In this document: piece by piece, positions 32,481 to 42,756 of the stretch
How the letters are laid out: every line of letters begins with the position of its first letter
How positions within the stretch are numbered: the stretch's first letter is position 1
Virus record (IMG/VR): IMGVR_UViG_3300036766_000416
Span: 1-64,000 of that record
Length of the DNA: 64,000 nucleotides
Origin: a virus
Reading direction: 5' to 3' (one strand)
Notes under the pieces: model-generated
What the model saw: the letters and a program-made list of their open reading frames with translations, nothing else
Databases searched by the model: none
What the model was told of the DNA's origin: nothing
Translations under genes and position numbers: made by a program

Positions 32481-33166
32481 TCTTCGAGCGAACCACAATA
32501 CCCGGTCTCCAGTTTGAGCTTCCTGTGTTGACCCGTGCGGGAGCTAGGTACTATGTGACACCTGAGGGTGCCAAGTACCCGTCAGCTTCAACGGTCGCTG
32601 GGCTCCTGACTCGTGATGGTATCAACGCCTGGAGGGCTCGTGTAGGCACCGAAGAGGCTGATCGAATCTCCAAGCGTGGTGCTGACCGTGGGACCAATGT
32701 CCATGCAGTCTGTGAGAGGTACCTCGATGGTACTCTGACGACACTTCAGCGACTTGGTATCATGCCGACGATTAAAGAGATGTTCCTGTCACTGCAGCAC
32801 AAATTTGACGCGAATATTTCGATGGTCTATGCGATTGAGCAACCTCTGTATTCTGACCGACTCAAGATTGCTGGACGCACCGACGCAGTGGTACGCTGGG
32901 CTGGGGAGACGGTGATTCTTGACGTCAAGACCGCGAATCGCCACAAGCCCGATGAGTGGATACTGAACTACTTTGTGCAGACCTCCGCCTATGCGGAGAT
33001 GTTTGAAGAGCGCACAGGTATGCCCATTGATCGTATTGTGCTCTCAACGGCCATTGAGGGTGAGACCCACGCGGTGATCCACAACAAACCAAAAGCAGAG
33101 TATCTGCCTATTCTTCGTCGGTGTATCGACCAATACTACAAGGAAAACGGTTCACAGTTCGTCTAG
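32477..33166 (+). CDS. PD-(D/E)XK exonuclease (Cas4/RecB-like)
   Basis: YPSASTV, RGT.VH, E..LYS..L..AGRTD, ILDVKT, Q...YA. Confidence 0.85.
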   Translation: MIFERTTIPGLQFELPVLTRAGARYYVTPEGAKYPSASTVAGLLTRDGINAWRARVGTEEADRISKRGADRGTNVHAVCERYLDGTLTTLQRLGIMPTIKEMFLSLQHKFDANISMVYAIEQPLYSDRLKIAGRTDAVVRWAGETVILDVKTANRHKPDEWILNYFVQTSAYAEMFEERTGMPIDRIVLSTAIEGETHAVIHNKPKAEYLPILRRCIDQYYKENGSQFV

Positions 33167-33177
33167 GAGGTCACTCC

Positions 33178-33720
33178 ATGCGACACGAAATCCTACATTT
33201 GGTTCGAGTGGTGTTCGCCCTTGTGTTGATCGTGTACCCTCTTGCCGAGGTCTCCACGTTCGATACAGCGGACTCTCCGTACCGTGAGAAGCCTCAAACG
33301 ACCCCATACACCCCCACTTCCCAGGATGAGTATTGCCTGACGCAGGCCATCTACTATGAAGCAGGTAACCAAACGGTCATGGGCAAGGAAGCGGTCGCCT
33401 GGGTTGTGGTGAATCGTGTGGGTCGCCGTGGGTACCCTAAGAGTGTCTGTGGGGTCATTGCTCAGTCTCGCAGGGTGGAAGAGGTCAAAGTCTGCCAGTT
33501 CTCGTTCTGGTGCGAGGCTCGCTACAAGCCCAATAGGGTGATCTGGAAAGAATCAAAAGAAATCGCTCACCGGGTCTTGCAAAATGTCGGGATTCATGCT
33601 ATAATAGATCAATATGGTGAAGCGACCTATTTCCATGCGGATTATGTCAGACCGAAGTGGCGCAAGTCCAAAGAGTTTTTGGGGAAGATTGACAACCATT
33701 TATTCTATAAGGAACCATGA
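33178..33720 (+). CDS. SleB-like cell wall hydrolase
   Basis: CLTQAIYYEA, VVVNRV, CQFSFWC, ATYFHADYV.P.W, HLFY. Confidence 0.9.
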   Translation: MRHEILHLVRVVFALVLIVYPLAEVSTFDTADSPYREKPQTTPYTPTSQDEYCLTQAIYYEAGNQTVMGKEAVAWVVVNRVGRRGYPKSVCGVIAQSRRVEEVKVCQFSFWCEARYKPNRVIWKESKEIAHRVLQNVGIHAIIDQYGEATYFHADYVRPKWRKSKEFLGKIDNHLFYKEP

Positions 33721-33818
33721 TGAGAATTGAGAGTTGGCTGTTTGCAGTGTCACTGATGATTTTGGTGATCGTGTTCTCGTTGGCGATAGTGGGTCTAGTG
33801 AAATACTTTTTTGAGTGA
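33717..33818 (+). CDS. Small membrane peptide (33 aa)
   Basis: AAGGA SD, single hydrophobic helix, ATGA overlap. Confidence 0.45.
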   Translation: MMRIESWLFAVSLMILVIVFSLAIVGLVKYFFE

Positions 33819-33977
33819 TGGAGATTCGATGAGCACAAAGCAGCAGTGGTTATACTGGGGCCCAGTGGCGGTTATGTTGTCATTGATAGCGGTTGTGATG
33901 TTCCATTTGCAGTTGTGGGCGTTCGCGGTGTTGTATCGGTTGGCTTTATATTTTCATTATTTACCATAGGGGGTATC

Positions 33978-34244
33978 ATGTCATTGACAGCAGTTGTAAG
34001 AAGTTTATCACAGGAAGAAAAGGATCGTTTGCTGAAGGCGATCAAGGAAATGTCGAACTCTCTGGCACGTGCCGAAGGTGAAGCCGAGTATGTTCGAGAG
34101 GCTACAAAGAAAATATCCGATGATGTGAAACTCGATAAGAAGTTGGTGACTAAATTGGTTCGAGCCCACCACAAACAAAATTTTGATGAGCTTGTGGCTA
34201 TTCAAGATCAATTCGAGGACCTCTATAAGGCGGTCGTAAAATAG
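33978..34244 (+). CDS. dsbA: dsDNA-binding protein (T4 DsbA-like)
   Basis: IKEMSNSLARAEGE...K....HHKQNF, position before gp33. Confidence 0.75.
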   Translation: MSLTAVVRSLSQEEKDRLLKAIKEMSNSLARAEGEAEYVREATKKISDDVKLDKKLVTKLVRAHHKQNFDELVAIQDQFEDLYKAVVK

Positions 34245-34831
34245 TGTTTACGATTTATCAGGTTACTAACACGCTCAACGGGCACTCATACATCGGATTT
34301 ACTTCTGGACCCGTAGAGGACCGATGGATGGCACATAAAGCTGCGGCACGTAAAGGCGCTCGATGGTCTCTTTCGCGTGCTATTCGGATGTATGGATCGG
34401 ATGTATTTTTGGTGGAAAAACTCGAAGAAGGTTGGGACCCTGAAATTGGTAAGAACATTCGAGAGCCATATTGGATTTCCGTCTTGAATCCAGAATATAA
34501 TATGACTCCAGGAGGTGAAGGGGTTAGGGCTGGAACGAAGCACACTGAGGAACAAAACAAGGAAAAGTCGTTGAGAATGAAGGGGAAGGGATTGGGGAAC
34601 AAGAATTGTATTGGAAAACAAAATTTCAAAGGTAAGAAGCACACGGAGCAGTGGAAAAAGGATAAATCTGCAATGATGATGGGTAGGCGACACACTTTAG
34701 GACGTAGATTTACAACAGAGCAGCTATTAGCACATTCGTTGTTACGCCTGGGGAAAAAACACAAGCCTCATAGAAAAGAAATCAAACCAAGAAAACCTTA
34801 TAAGAAAAGAAATAACAATGCCGACTCGTGA
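34244..34831 (+). CDS. GIY-YIG homing endonuclease with NUMOD3 repeats
   Basis: TIYQVTNTLNGHSYIGFT, YNMTPGGEG, KHTEEQ repeats. Confidence 0.85.
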   Translation: MFTIYQVTNTLNGHSYIGFTSGPVEDRWMAHKAAARKGARWSLSRAIRMYGSDVFLVEKLEEGWDPEIGKNIREPYWISVLNPEYNMTPGGEGVRAGTKHTEEQNKEKSLRMKGKGLGNKNCIGKQNFKGKKHTEQWKKDKSAMMMGRRHTLGRRFTTEQLLAHSLLRLGKKHKPHRKEIKPRKPYKKRNNNADS

Positions 34832-35051
34832 GGAAATTCAGAATTTTTCCCTTATGCTTCGTGAGATGGCCGCGCACCAACACATGAGTCTTTGGGATAC
34901 TTTGCTCCATTACTGTGAAAAGACGGGCATGGAGTCTGAGGTCGCTGCTTCGTTGCTCACCAGGGCTGTTCGTGCTGACCTGACGATTGAGATTCAGGAC
35001 CTCAATTTGCTCAAGCGGCGCGGGAAGAAAGATGGCCGACTGCCTCTATGA
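34818..35051 (+). CDS. gp33: Late-transcription coactivator gp33
   Basis: D.LLHYCE..G.E.EV.A.LL...LP. pattern, synteny dsbA-33-59-32. Confidence 0.8.
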   Translation: MPTREEIQNFSLMLREMAAHQHMSLWDTLLHYCEKTGMESEVAASLLTRAVRADLTIEIQDLNLLKRRGKKDGRLPL

Positions 35052-35659
35052 GTGCGACGGGTTTCGAAGCCTTCAAGTTGTATCAATCTCTTCACCTCCA
35101 TTTCACAGACCCTAGGTACGATTTCTTTCGTTACAAGGGGTCTGTGAAACATTGTACCCCCGAAAAGTTTGAGATCCGCCGGGACAAGTTTTTCTTCCAT
35201 CGGTTAGCCAAAAGGTATCCGAACACCGAGGACCTTGTGTTCTTCCTGGCGGCCAACTTCTTCTCACAGAAGGTTGATTGGGTGCGCGATGTCACCTCTG
35301 ATGAGTCCGAGGACGTCTACATGCGCTGTCTGCGTATAAAAGAGTCCCTGGAGTATGTGGTGAACGGTGACCTCAGAGAGCAGGGGTATACCATAGATAC
35401 CCTCCAAGCAGCCATCAGGGTGACCAATGGACAGTACCCACCTTTGTTGACCAAGGCTCTGGAGCATGACATACACGAAGAGACCGTGATCGTGCTGAAT
35501 ACCCTGATAGAATTTCTGCCGTCCTGGGGTAAGCTGGTCACTGATACCATCCTATTTCCACCAATCAAACTTCGCTATGAACGCTATGCGCCGTTTTTAG
35601 AAATAAACCTGAACAAGTTCAGAGGATCACTACGAACACAATTGATGCAGAATAAATAA
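35048..35659 (+). CDS. gp59: Helicase loader gp59
   Basis: YQSLHLHFT...YDFFRYKG, RRDKFFF. Confidence 0.88.
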   Translation: MSATGFEAFKLYQSLHLHFTDPRYDFFRYKGSVKHCTPEKFEIRRDKFFFHRLAKRYPNTEDLVFFLAANFFSQKVDWVRDVTSDESEDVYMRCLRIKESLEYVVNGDLREQGYTIDTLQAAIRVTNGQYPPLLTKALEHDIHEETVIVLNTLIEFLPSWGKLVTDTILFPPIKLRYERYAPFLEINLNKFRGSLRTQLMQNK

Positions 35660-35663
35660 ATTT

Positions 35664-36221
35664 ATGGCATATAATTATTCCTACGAACACCACATCATTC
35701 CTCTCCATGAGTGGAAGCGACGAATCAATCCAAAAGCCACCAGGCGTGATAAGGATTTTAATGCCCCCAATAATATTGTGTGGCTAACCTCGGAGCAGCA
35801 TATTCAGGTTCACCAGTTACTTTGGGAATTAAATAATTCGAAGTTCGACTTAATGGCGGCGCGCCTGATGTCTAAGCAAATTACAGACGAAGAGTCTTTT
35901 ATGGAACTCTGCCGAATTGGTGGTGTAATGAGTGGTTTGGCAAATAGAGGAAAGAAATATGCCGCGTGGACAAGAGAACGCCGCCATAGTCAGTCCGAAC
36001 GTATGGTTGGTAATCAGAACACTCTGGGTTATAAACACACAGAGGAATGGAAACAGGAGAAGTCTGCCAGCACGGTGGGTAACCAATATGCTAAAGGTAG
36101 CAAGCGAACTTTAGAACAAAGCATGGCACGAAAAGTCGCCAGACCTAGAAAGGAGCGAGAACCTCACATTTACAAACGTGGCCCTTACAAAAAGAAAAAT
36201 CTTGACAAGCTAACTAAATAG
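35664..36221 (+). CDS. HNH homing endonuclease, family copy 4
   Basis: HHIIPLHEWKRR...NNIVWLTSEQH...H. Confidence 0.8.
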   Translation: MAYNYSYEHHIIPLHEWKRRINPKATRRDKDFNAPNNIVWLTSEQHIQVHQLLWELNNSKFDLMAARLMSKQITDEESFMELCRIGGVMSGLANRGKKYAAWTRERRHSQSERMVGNQNTLGYKHTEEWKQEKSASTVGNQYAKGSKRTLEQSMARKVARPRKEREPHIYKRGPYKKKNLDKLTK

Positions 36222-36286
36222 TGTTATACTTGCATCCACATACGGGTTTTCAATAACCATATACTATCACCAATAGGAGGTTTCTT

Positions 36287-37198
36287 ATGTCTACGCCAAC
36301 ATCGTTTTCGGCATTAAAAAGGTCTAGGGGTAGTGTTGAAAAACTTACCCAGGCCATCCAGAGTCTCAATACAAAAAACGACAAGAAAGAGGACGAACGG
36401 TTTTGGGAACCTACAGTCGATAAGGCTGGTAACGGTATCGCCGTTCTTCGGTTCCTTCCAGCACCACAGCAAGACGGTGAGGATGGGTTGCCATGGGTTC
36501 GGACCTTCTCACATGGATTCAAGGGTCCAGGTGGATGGTTGATCGACTTGTGCTTGACCACAGTAGACCAGAAGTGCCCTGTCTGTGAACACAACACCGC
36601 ACTCTGGAATTCTGGAGTTGAGGCGAACAAGACCATTGCGAGAGACCGAAAACGCAAGCTGTCGTATTTTGCGAACATCTTGGTGGTGTCTGATCCAGCC
36701 AAGCCAGAGTTTGATGGTAAGGTGAAGTTGTTCAGATTTGGCAGCAAGATTTTCGACAAGATTTCCGAAAAGATGCATCCAGAATTTGCCGATGAAAAGG
36801 CATTCAGCCCATTCGATTTGTGGGATGGTGCGAACTTCAAGCTCAAGATTCGCCAGGTCGAGGGGTACCGCAACTACGACAAGAGCGAGTTCACCACACA
36901 GGCCCCAGTCTCTACAGACGACGCCGTGCTCGAAAAGCTTTGGCAACAGGAGTTCTCACTGAGGGAGTTTGTATCCCCTAAGCACTTCAAGACCTATGAG
37001 CAGATTGCTGCTCGTATGACCCTGGTGCTTGGGAGTGTCACGGTCAACACCTCAGCGGAAAAGTCTGTGTCAGCAGCTCTCACGGATGACACCGATATGG
37101 GAGTGGTCTCACCTGTCAGTCACCCGGGGTTGCCAACTTCCGCACCGCCGGATGAGGACGATATGAGTTTTTTCCAGAACTTGGCGGAGTCTGAGTAA
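36287..37198 (+). CDS. gp32: Single-stranded DNA-binding protein gp32
   Basis: DERFW, G.AVLRFLP, H.FKGPGGW...C.T, CPVC, acidic tail. Confidence 0.95.
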   Translation: MSTPTSFSALKRSRGSVEKLTQAIQSLNTKNDKKEDERFWEPTVDKAGNGIAVLRFLPAPQQDGEDGLPWVRTFSHGFKGPGGWLIDLCLTTVDQKCPVCEHNTALWNSGVEANKTIARDRKRKLSYFANILVVSDPAKPEFDGKVKLFRFGSKIFDKISEKMHPEFADEKAFSPFDLWDGANFKLKIRQVEGYRNYDKSEFTTQAPVSTDDAVLEKLWQQEFSLREFVSPKHFKTYEQIAARMTLVLGSVTVNTSAEKSVSAALTDDTDMGVVSPVSHPGLPTSAPPDEDDMSFFQNLAESE

Positions 37199-37228
37199 CC
37201 GAATCGGGGTAATCATAGAGACATAGGA

Positions 37229-37262
37229 TGCCACCGGGTCTCATGATCTGGTGGCATTTGTG
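37229..37262. terminator. Hairpin between convergent gp32 and late gene
   Basis: ATGCCACC...GGTGGCAT stem followed by TTGT. Confidence 0.5.
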
Positions 37263-37349
37263 GGTCTAAATGAACCCCGTGAGGGGCCAGAAAGGGCTCA
37301 GGAGGGCACTTGAGGTAGGTACCTATGGCAAGCTATAGATATCAATGGG

Positions 37350-39257
37350 TTACGCAGGAGCAAAGCCCCTGTCCAGAGACCGCAAATAGCTCGATTCGCC
37401 GCTCCTGGCTGGGGGCATATTTTGATGTGTGGTAGTAGAGTTTGTGGTCTGGTTTTTCACATTATTGATGATTGTTGGTGCCACGATACCCTGTGTCGCG
37501 GGTGTCATAGCTGCATTTCTTTGAAGATCATTCGCTTGCGTGAGGGTTTGTCCTGTCTGTGGAGTCGCCGCCGGAAGTTCGGTGGGTGACGATGACATGA
37601 GGGTTTGAGGTACACTGCTATTCTCATAGGAATTTTCACCACCCATAGATGCAGGTGTTACAGACGAACCAGTTTGGCCTACGATAGCATCCAACCTCGC
37701 TGCGTCATCCCCAACAGCAGTCGGTGATTCGGACTTTGTTTTAGCTTCACCCATGAGCCAATCAGAGACAGACTCTTTGGCCATGGTCATCAGGCTGGGC
37801 AACCTTTCGGCGATCAGAGGATCGGTGAATGGATCAGCGTTGTAGATTTCCATATACGCATCACGTACCAGTGAGGCCACCAGTGACGGGATAGCCGCGC
37901 CAGGAATTGGAAGTGCTCCAGCGGCGTCGATGCCCGCACCCACCAGATCACCTTGAAGTAAGCGTGATGCAGCGAACGCAAGACCTACTGCGGACCCCAC
38001 TACAGGGATCAAAGTTGCAGCTTTCGACCCCAGAATCTTCGGAGCGATTCTTCCGAGGACCCCGGCAATTTTACTCTTGGGGGCAATCTTAGCCACCCCC
38101 TCAACGGCGACACCCACACCTTTGGTGATCTTGGAGGCGCTGCTGAGTTCTTTTGCTGCAATTTTTCCGGCAGCTTTTTCTCCGGCTTCTCCAACAACCT
38201 TCGCACCAGTTCCCAGGATTTTACCTGCGAGATCCTTGACACCACCTATAATGGCTTTTCCACCTTTGAGAATGGCTGAGCCTCCTTTGGTGACCGCACC
38301 TATTGCACCCTTACCTAAGGATTTCAAGGCACCGGTGATGGAGGGAAGAAGTCTGGTCAATGCTCCACCGAGAAGTGATAGTGGATTGAGGAGTTTACCC
38401 AGTGAAGCTGCGAATTCTAAAGCTGCGGCACCAAGTATCTTGAACCACCCCATGAGCGTTTCGAGCCAGGAGGGACCTTCTTTTTTCTCCTCGCCTTTGA
38501 TAATTTGTTTGGGTGTAACCTTTTTGAATTTTGCGCTTTCAGCAGCTTCTTTGTCCCTGATGCGTTCTGCTTCTGCCTTGGCTAATCCAACTCCCTGCTC
38601 CTCAAATTTTTCTATGTTATGGAGCGACAACACCATTTTTTCTAATAGATTGAGAACCTTTGTTGAAGAGACTGGCGAGGCACCACCTTCCGTGCCCTCG
38701 TTTGCTGGGCTTGGGCTTCCGGCTGCCCCTGCAGCACCATCCAGACCTGGAGGAAGGACACCTTGTAAACCCGCTGCACTGCGTATTGATTGCTCAGAGC
38801 GACCCATGATGCGGCCAGCCAAGACAGTAGCGAGCTTTGAGCCACCGGTGAGTCTGTGAACGATGTTGAGAGGATCGAACCGTTTCTTGATTGATGTTTT
38901 GATTTTTCGAGTTTTGAATCCTGCAGCAGCGCCAATTGCACCCTTGACGGAACCTCCACCCGCGAGGTGTTCGGCTGCTACATCAGCCATTGTGTTTTCA
39001 CGTTGCTGACTTTCGACTATTCGGCTTCTAATATTTCTGAGGGCTGCAAGGATTTCTTTTTTTGTTTCTTTTCCAAGTTCTACTTTAGGAGGTTTGGGAT
39101 CTTTAGGAGCGCGAGGGGTTGGACGGTGCTCGTGTTTGATGTTCGCCTTGGCCACTTCTTCCACGGGCTTTGTTTGCGAGGCAATTTTCTCAAGGCTCTC
39201 GCGCATGTCAGCAAACTGATCTTTCATATCTTTGAATGGGTCTTTTTCTTCAGCCAT
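37350..39257 (-). CDS. Baseplate hub/tape-measure-like protein (gp29-like)
   Basis: 635 aa, Gly/Ala/Lys-rich helical repeats, C-terminal APTIINN motif, late promoter upstream. Confidence 0.7.
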   Translation of the reverse strand: MAEEKDPFKDMKDQFADMRESLEKIASQTKPVEEVAKANIKHEHRPTPRAPKDPKPPKVELGKETKKEILAALRNIRSRIVESQQRENTMADVAAEHLAGGGSVKGAIGAAAGFKTRKIKTSIKKRFDPLNIVHRLTGGSKLATVLAGRIMGRSEQSIRSAAGLQGVLPPGLDGAAGAAGSPSPANEGTEGGASPVSSTKVLNLLEKMVLSLHNIEKFEEQGVGLAKAEAERIRDKEAAESAKFKKVTPKQIIKGEEKKEGPSWLETLMGWFKILGAAALEFAASLGKLLNPLSLLGGALTRLLPSITGALKSLGKGAIGAVTKGGSAILKGGKAIIGGVKDLAGKILGTGAKVVGEAGEKAAGKIAAKELSSASKITKGVGVAVEGVAKIAPKSKIAGVLGRIAPKILGSKAATLIPVVGSAVGLAFAASRLLQGDLVGAGIDAAGALPIPGAAIPSLVASLVRDAYMEIYNADPFTDPLIAERLPSLMTMAKESVSDWLMGEAKTKSESPTAVGDDAARLDAIVGQTGSSVTPASMGGENSYENSSVPQTLMSSSPTELPAATPQTGQTLTQANDLQRNAAMTPATQGIVAPTIINNVKNQTTNSTTTHQNMPPARSGESSYLRSLDRGFAPA

Positions 39258-39262
39258 GGTAG

Positions 39263-39270
39263 TATTTATA
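39263..39270 (-). promoter_or_regulatory. T4-type late promoter
   Basis: TATAAATA on minus strand 5 nt before ATG 39257. Confidence 0.75.
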
Positions 39271-40152
39271 TCACAGAAACGGAAGGTCTCTTTCGGTGAG
39301 CACTAGGAATTCCCAACCCTGGTCTTTGGCGAATATTGTGGCCGCGGCAAACTTTGCTTGATTGGTGGCTACAATTGCAGCCTCTTGTAGCAGTTTTTGC
39401 GACCTTCGTTTTGATTGACGTAGCACCGTATCATTAAAAGGTTTTATTTCGATGATAAAGACCTTGATACCTGTCTTTGTTTGAACCTTGGTTAGAAAAT
39501 CTGGATAGTATGTTCGTTGTTTCTGTTTGACGGGGTCAAAGTAAGGTATTTTTAATTCTTCGCTAGACCAAGAGATCGTGGCCGGAGATTCGTCGATCCA
39601 ATACATCACCCTTTTCTCCCACATAGAACGATACACGATTGTCTTGATATTCCCAACGTATTTTGTTGGGTTACGTGGGGTAAAAAACCCTTTGTAGGTC
39701 ATTCTTCCGTTATTCATTCTAAACGCTCCTCTTGTTGCCATAGATAGGGCAATTTTCTTGTATCGAGCATCGTAAAATTGCTGTAAAATCTCAGGAGACG
39801 ATTCTTTATGCCAACGATGGATGCTATTACGGGCAAGTTCTTGTCTTTGTTCTAGGGTCAATCTATTAGTATTCTTCTTTATTAGTTGTTCTTTTGACAT
39901 CAGACTATTTTGTAACCTTATAGTTTGTCCTATCTTTGTTCTTATATTAGCCCCCTCTACTGTCTCTTCCCTCTCTTTCCACAGTCGTTCCATGTTACCT
40001 CGAACCTTTTCTACAAATTGGGAATGCCGTATGGGGTCATTTTTGAGTTTGAGTCTATACAGCTTGGCCGCACAGGACCTAGAGCAACATGGTTGTTTGG
40101 TGGTAGGGATGTGGCAGAATTGGCACTGACCGAGGGTATAAATATCCGACAT
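39271..40152 (-). CDS. gp4: Head-completion nuclease gp4 with about 150-aa N-terminal extension
   Basis: MTYKGFFTPRNPTKY.G, YRSMWE, WSSEE, YYPDF, EIKP; GGAGG SD before 40152. Confidence 0.85.
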   Translation of the reverse strand: MSDIYTLGQCQFCHIPTTKQPCCSRSCAAKLYRLKLKNDPIRHSQFVEKVRGNMERLWKEREETVEGANIRTKIGQTIRLQNSLMSKEQLIKKNTNRLTLEQRQELARNSIHRWHKESSPEILQQFYDARYKKIALSMATRGAFRMNNGRMTYKGFFTPRNPTKYVGNIKTIVYRSMWEKRVMYWIDESPATISWSSEELKIPYFDPVKQKQRTYYPDFLTKVQTKTGIKVFIIEIKPFNDTVLRQSKRRSQKLLQEAAIVATNQAKFAAATIFAKDQGWEFLVLTERDLPFL

Positions 40153-40213
40153 AGCTGGACCTCCCGAAAGGTTTAGAGTGTCTGGGGTGGCGAAACCCGC
40201 GAGGCACATCTTC

Positions 40214-40232
40214 TATTTATGTCACATAAATA
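40214..40232. promoter_or_regulatory. Divergent late promoters
   Basis: CATAAATA on minus (40214-40221) and plus (40225-40232) strands. Confidence 0.65.
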
Positions 40233-40259
40233 CACTGATGCAGTCCATTGGAGGTATTT

Positions 40260-41339
40260 ATGGCGGACGAGAGTCTCGTTGGTGATATACAAAACTATGT
40301 GGTAGATAAGTTCAAACAGTTGGTGAATAGCGAGACAGCACGAAACGCTGCATTCGTTACCAGGGATGCGATCAATAGCATTACGGCTGAGGAGACGCAG
40401 GAGCAACGTGGTAAGAATGTAAAAGAACAAAAACTTTACCAATACAAGTATCACCAGTATCCCCTCGATTTAGCAAAAGGCGGCCGCCATCCATACTATA
40501 TGACATTTTTTATTGCGACTCAAGACTTGTCCCAATTCAAGCGCCCAAAGTCAAAAGGTCCGGCTCCTCTGTCTACCGTTGATATCAACGCCAGGGCTAC
40601 TAAGACTTTAGCTAAAAATTATAAGGACAGCAATATAGGTTTCGGTAGAAAAACCCATCGCACAACCAATGCGATCCGGTTATACATGCCCGATAGCTTG
40701 AGTTGGAATTTCCGCAACCAATTTGGTGACGTGAGTTTATCGGGGATTCCTGGTACGGCCCTAGCTCAGGCTATCGCCTCGGGTCCTGCTTTAGCCAATT
40801 CTCTTATCGAAGGCTACCAAAAGAGCGGTATTACTGGACTCCTGGCCAGTCTCAATTCCAAGGAAGCGCGCGCCGCGGCCGCTCCACTCGCCGAGGTTAT
40901 TGGAGATAAAATTCCAGGAGTTGGTTCTGGATTACTAACCTCGGCCCTAGGTGTGGCGGTAAATCCACAGATCGATGTCATTTATCAATCTCCATCTCTA
41001 CGAGAATTTATATTTGACTACCTTTTTGCCCCTCGTAATGCTCAAGAATCGGCTATGGTGTCCGATATTATCAAATTATTCAAATTTCATGCATCCCCCG
41101 AAATTCTTAGCACGGGGTTTGGTCGATATTTCATTCCACCATCGGAATTTGATATTGAATTTTCAGTAAATACCATGGGAAAGATTTCAACATGTGTGCT
41201 TGAGGAGGTGACCGTTGATTATGCACCATCAGGAGCCTCGTTTTACAGAAGCGATGATCAACCCGTCAATACGCATATGACCTTGAGATTCAAGGAACTC
41301 GAATTTATGACAAAGGAACTCATAGAAAGAGGATACTGA
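40260..41339 (+). CDS. gp48: Baseplate tail-tube cap gp48
   Basis: YPLD, IRLYMP, REFIFDY.FAPRN..ES, IPPSEFDIEF, F.E.E. Confidence 0.8.
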   Translation: MADESLVGDIQNYVVDKFKQLVNSETARNAAFVTRDAINSITAEETQEQRGKNVKEQKLYQYKYHQYPLDLAKGGRHPYYMTFFIATQDLSQFKRPKSKGPAPLSTVDINARATKTLAKNYKDSNIGFGRKTHRTTNAIRLYMPDSLSWNFRNQFGDVSLSGIPGTALAQAIASGPALANSLIEGYQKSGITGLLASLNSKEARAAAAPLAEVIGDKIPGVGSGLLTSALGVAVNPQIDVIYQSPSLREFIFDYLFAPRNAQESAMVSDIIKLFKFHASPEILSTGFGRYFIPPSEFDIEFSVNTMGKISTCVLEEVTVDYAPSGASFYRSDDQPVNTHMTLRFKELEFMTKELIERGY

Positions 41340-41341
41340 AA

Positions 41342-41983
41342 GTGGCTGGACAATATTCCGAATTTCTTTCTTACATCAGTAGGTATGGGGTCGCTAAAAC
41401 CTCACACTTTCGATTATCCATACCCGCGGTGTTTAAGTTAGACAAAAAAAATAAATTCTCTGATATGGATAAACTACTGGGGCTAAGATGCGAAGCCACA
41501 GAATTACCTGGGCGGCAGATCATCTCCAATGATTCAAAGGTCTACGGTCCCACATATAAAACACCTTATCAGTCGCTCTATCAGGAAATTACATTGAATT
41601 TTATCGAAACTAGCTCATTCCTCATTCGTGATTTTTTTGAACAGTGGTTGAGCAACATCTTCAATCCAACCACAAACATGCTCGCTTATCCAGATGATTA
41701 TAGGTTTGAAGTGTCACTCAAACAATATGAAACATTTTTGGATGATGTAAATAATCCTAGTGCCAGCCTTGTAGCTACAGCAAAATGGAGACTCTATAAT
41801 TCGTTCCCCACTGCTGTCAACCAAATGCCAGTCGCATGGGCCGAAGATGGACTCCATCGAGTCACTGTCACCCTGGCCTATGAGTGGTACACACTCTCAA
41901 CAGGTGGTGATTCTCTGAGTGATGAAAGCCGAGAACGTCTCAAGTCTCCACAACAACCTCCAAAAGGAAGTGCTCGTCCATAA
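41342..41983 (+). CDS. gp54: Tail-tube initiator gp54 (tube-protein fold)
   Basis: C.A.ELPGR, ITL.F, FFEQW, Y.L..FP, VT..YE. Confidence 0.7.
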   Translation: MAGQYSEFLSYISRYGVAKTSHFRLSIPAVFKLDKKNKFSDMDKLLGLRCEATELPGRQIISNDSKVYGPTYKTPYQSLYQEITLNFIETSSFLIRDFFEQWLSNIFNPTTNMLAYPDDYRFEVSLKQYETFLDDVNNPSASLVATAKWRLYNSFPTAVNQMPVAWAEDGLHRVTVTLAYEWYTLSTGGDSLSDESRERLKSPQQPPKGSARP

Positions 41984-42006
41984 TCATTCTAGAAAGGTGA
42001 ATTGTC

Positions 42007-42756
42007 ATGGCGTTACCCAAATTAACAGTGCCTCTGTATAATATCATGTGTCCGTCAGGATTGAAAGTCTCATTTAGACCATTCCTTGTCAAAGAAGAGA
42101 AACTTTTGATGATTGCCATGCAGTCAAGTGAAACAGAGACTATCATCAACACTGCTAAACAGATTCTTGAAAATTGTATTGGTAGTGTTTCGGGCATCGA
42201 TATTGATAAATTGCCCCTCTTCGATGTTGAGTTTTTGTTCCTGAATCTCCGGGCCCGTAGCATCGGTGAGCAAGTGACCTTGAGGTATAAGTGTAATCAA
42301 TCTGTGATTGATGCGAACACTGGTAATACAGAAATTTGTAATACCGTATCAGAATATCCCGTTGACTTACTGAGCATCCACCCGACGTTTGGTGTAGATC
42401 ACAACAAGTATATCCAATTGACAGAGAAGGTGGGCATCACCTTGAGATACCCTACATTCAAGGCATTTCGCAATATTGCTCGTCGAGACCTCCCAACCGA
42501 TGAGGCGTTTGCGTTTCTTGTGGAGTGTATTGAATCGATCAATGATAGCAATAGTGTAATTTTCACCAAGGACGTACCGGAATCCGAGGTGATCGAATTT
42601 ATCAATGATTTAAGTCATGCACAAGTCGAGAAGATGGATCATTTTTTCGACACGATGCCAAAGATTGAATTGACACTGCATTTCAAGTGCCCGAAGTGTC
42701 AGCACACAGAGGAAATTGTGGTGTCGGGGCTAGACAGTTTTTTCGTCTCATACTGA
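42007..42756 (+). CDS. gp26: Baseplate hub subunit gp26
   Basis: MALPKL, FRPFLVKEEK.L, LRARSIGE, CPKC, GLDSFF. Confidence 0.85.
   Translation: MALPKLTVPLYNIMCPSGLKVSFRPFLVKEEKLLMIAMQSSETETIINTAKQILENCIGSVSGIDIDKLPLFDVEFLFLNLRARSIGEQVTLRYKCNQSVIDANTGNTEICNTVSEYPVDLLSIHPTFGVDHNKYIQLTEKVGITLRYPTFKAFRNIARRDLPTDEAFAFLVECIESINDSNSVIFTKDVPESEVIEFINDLSHAQVEKMDHFFDTMPKIELTLHFKCPKCQHTEEIVVSGLDSFFVSY

Noticed and set aside
36250-36873. 207-aa antisense ORF in the track
   Set aside because: Shadow of gp32.
38077-38859. 260-aa plus-strand ORF in the track
   Set aside because: Shadow of the Gly/Ala-rich minus-strand hub gene, with composition explained by the reverse codons.
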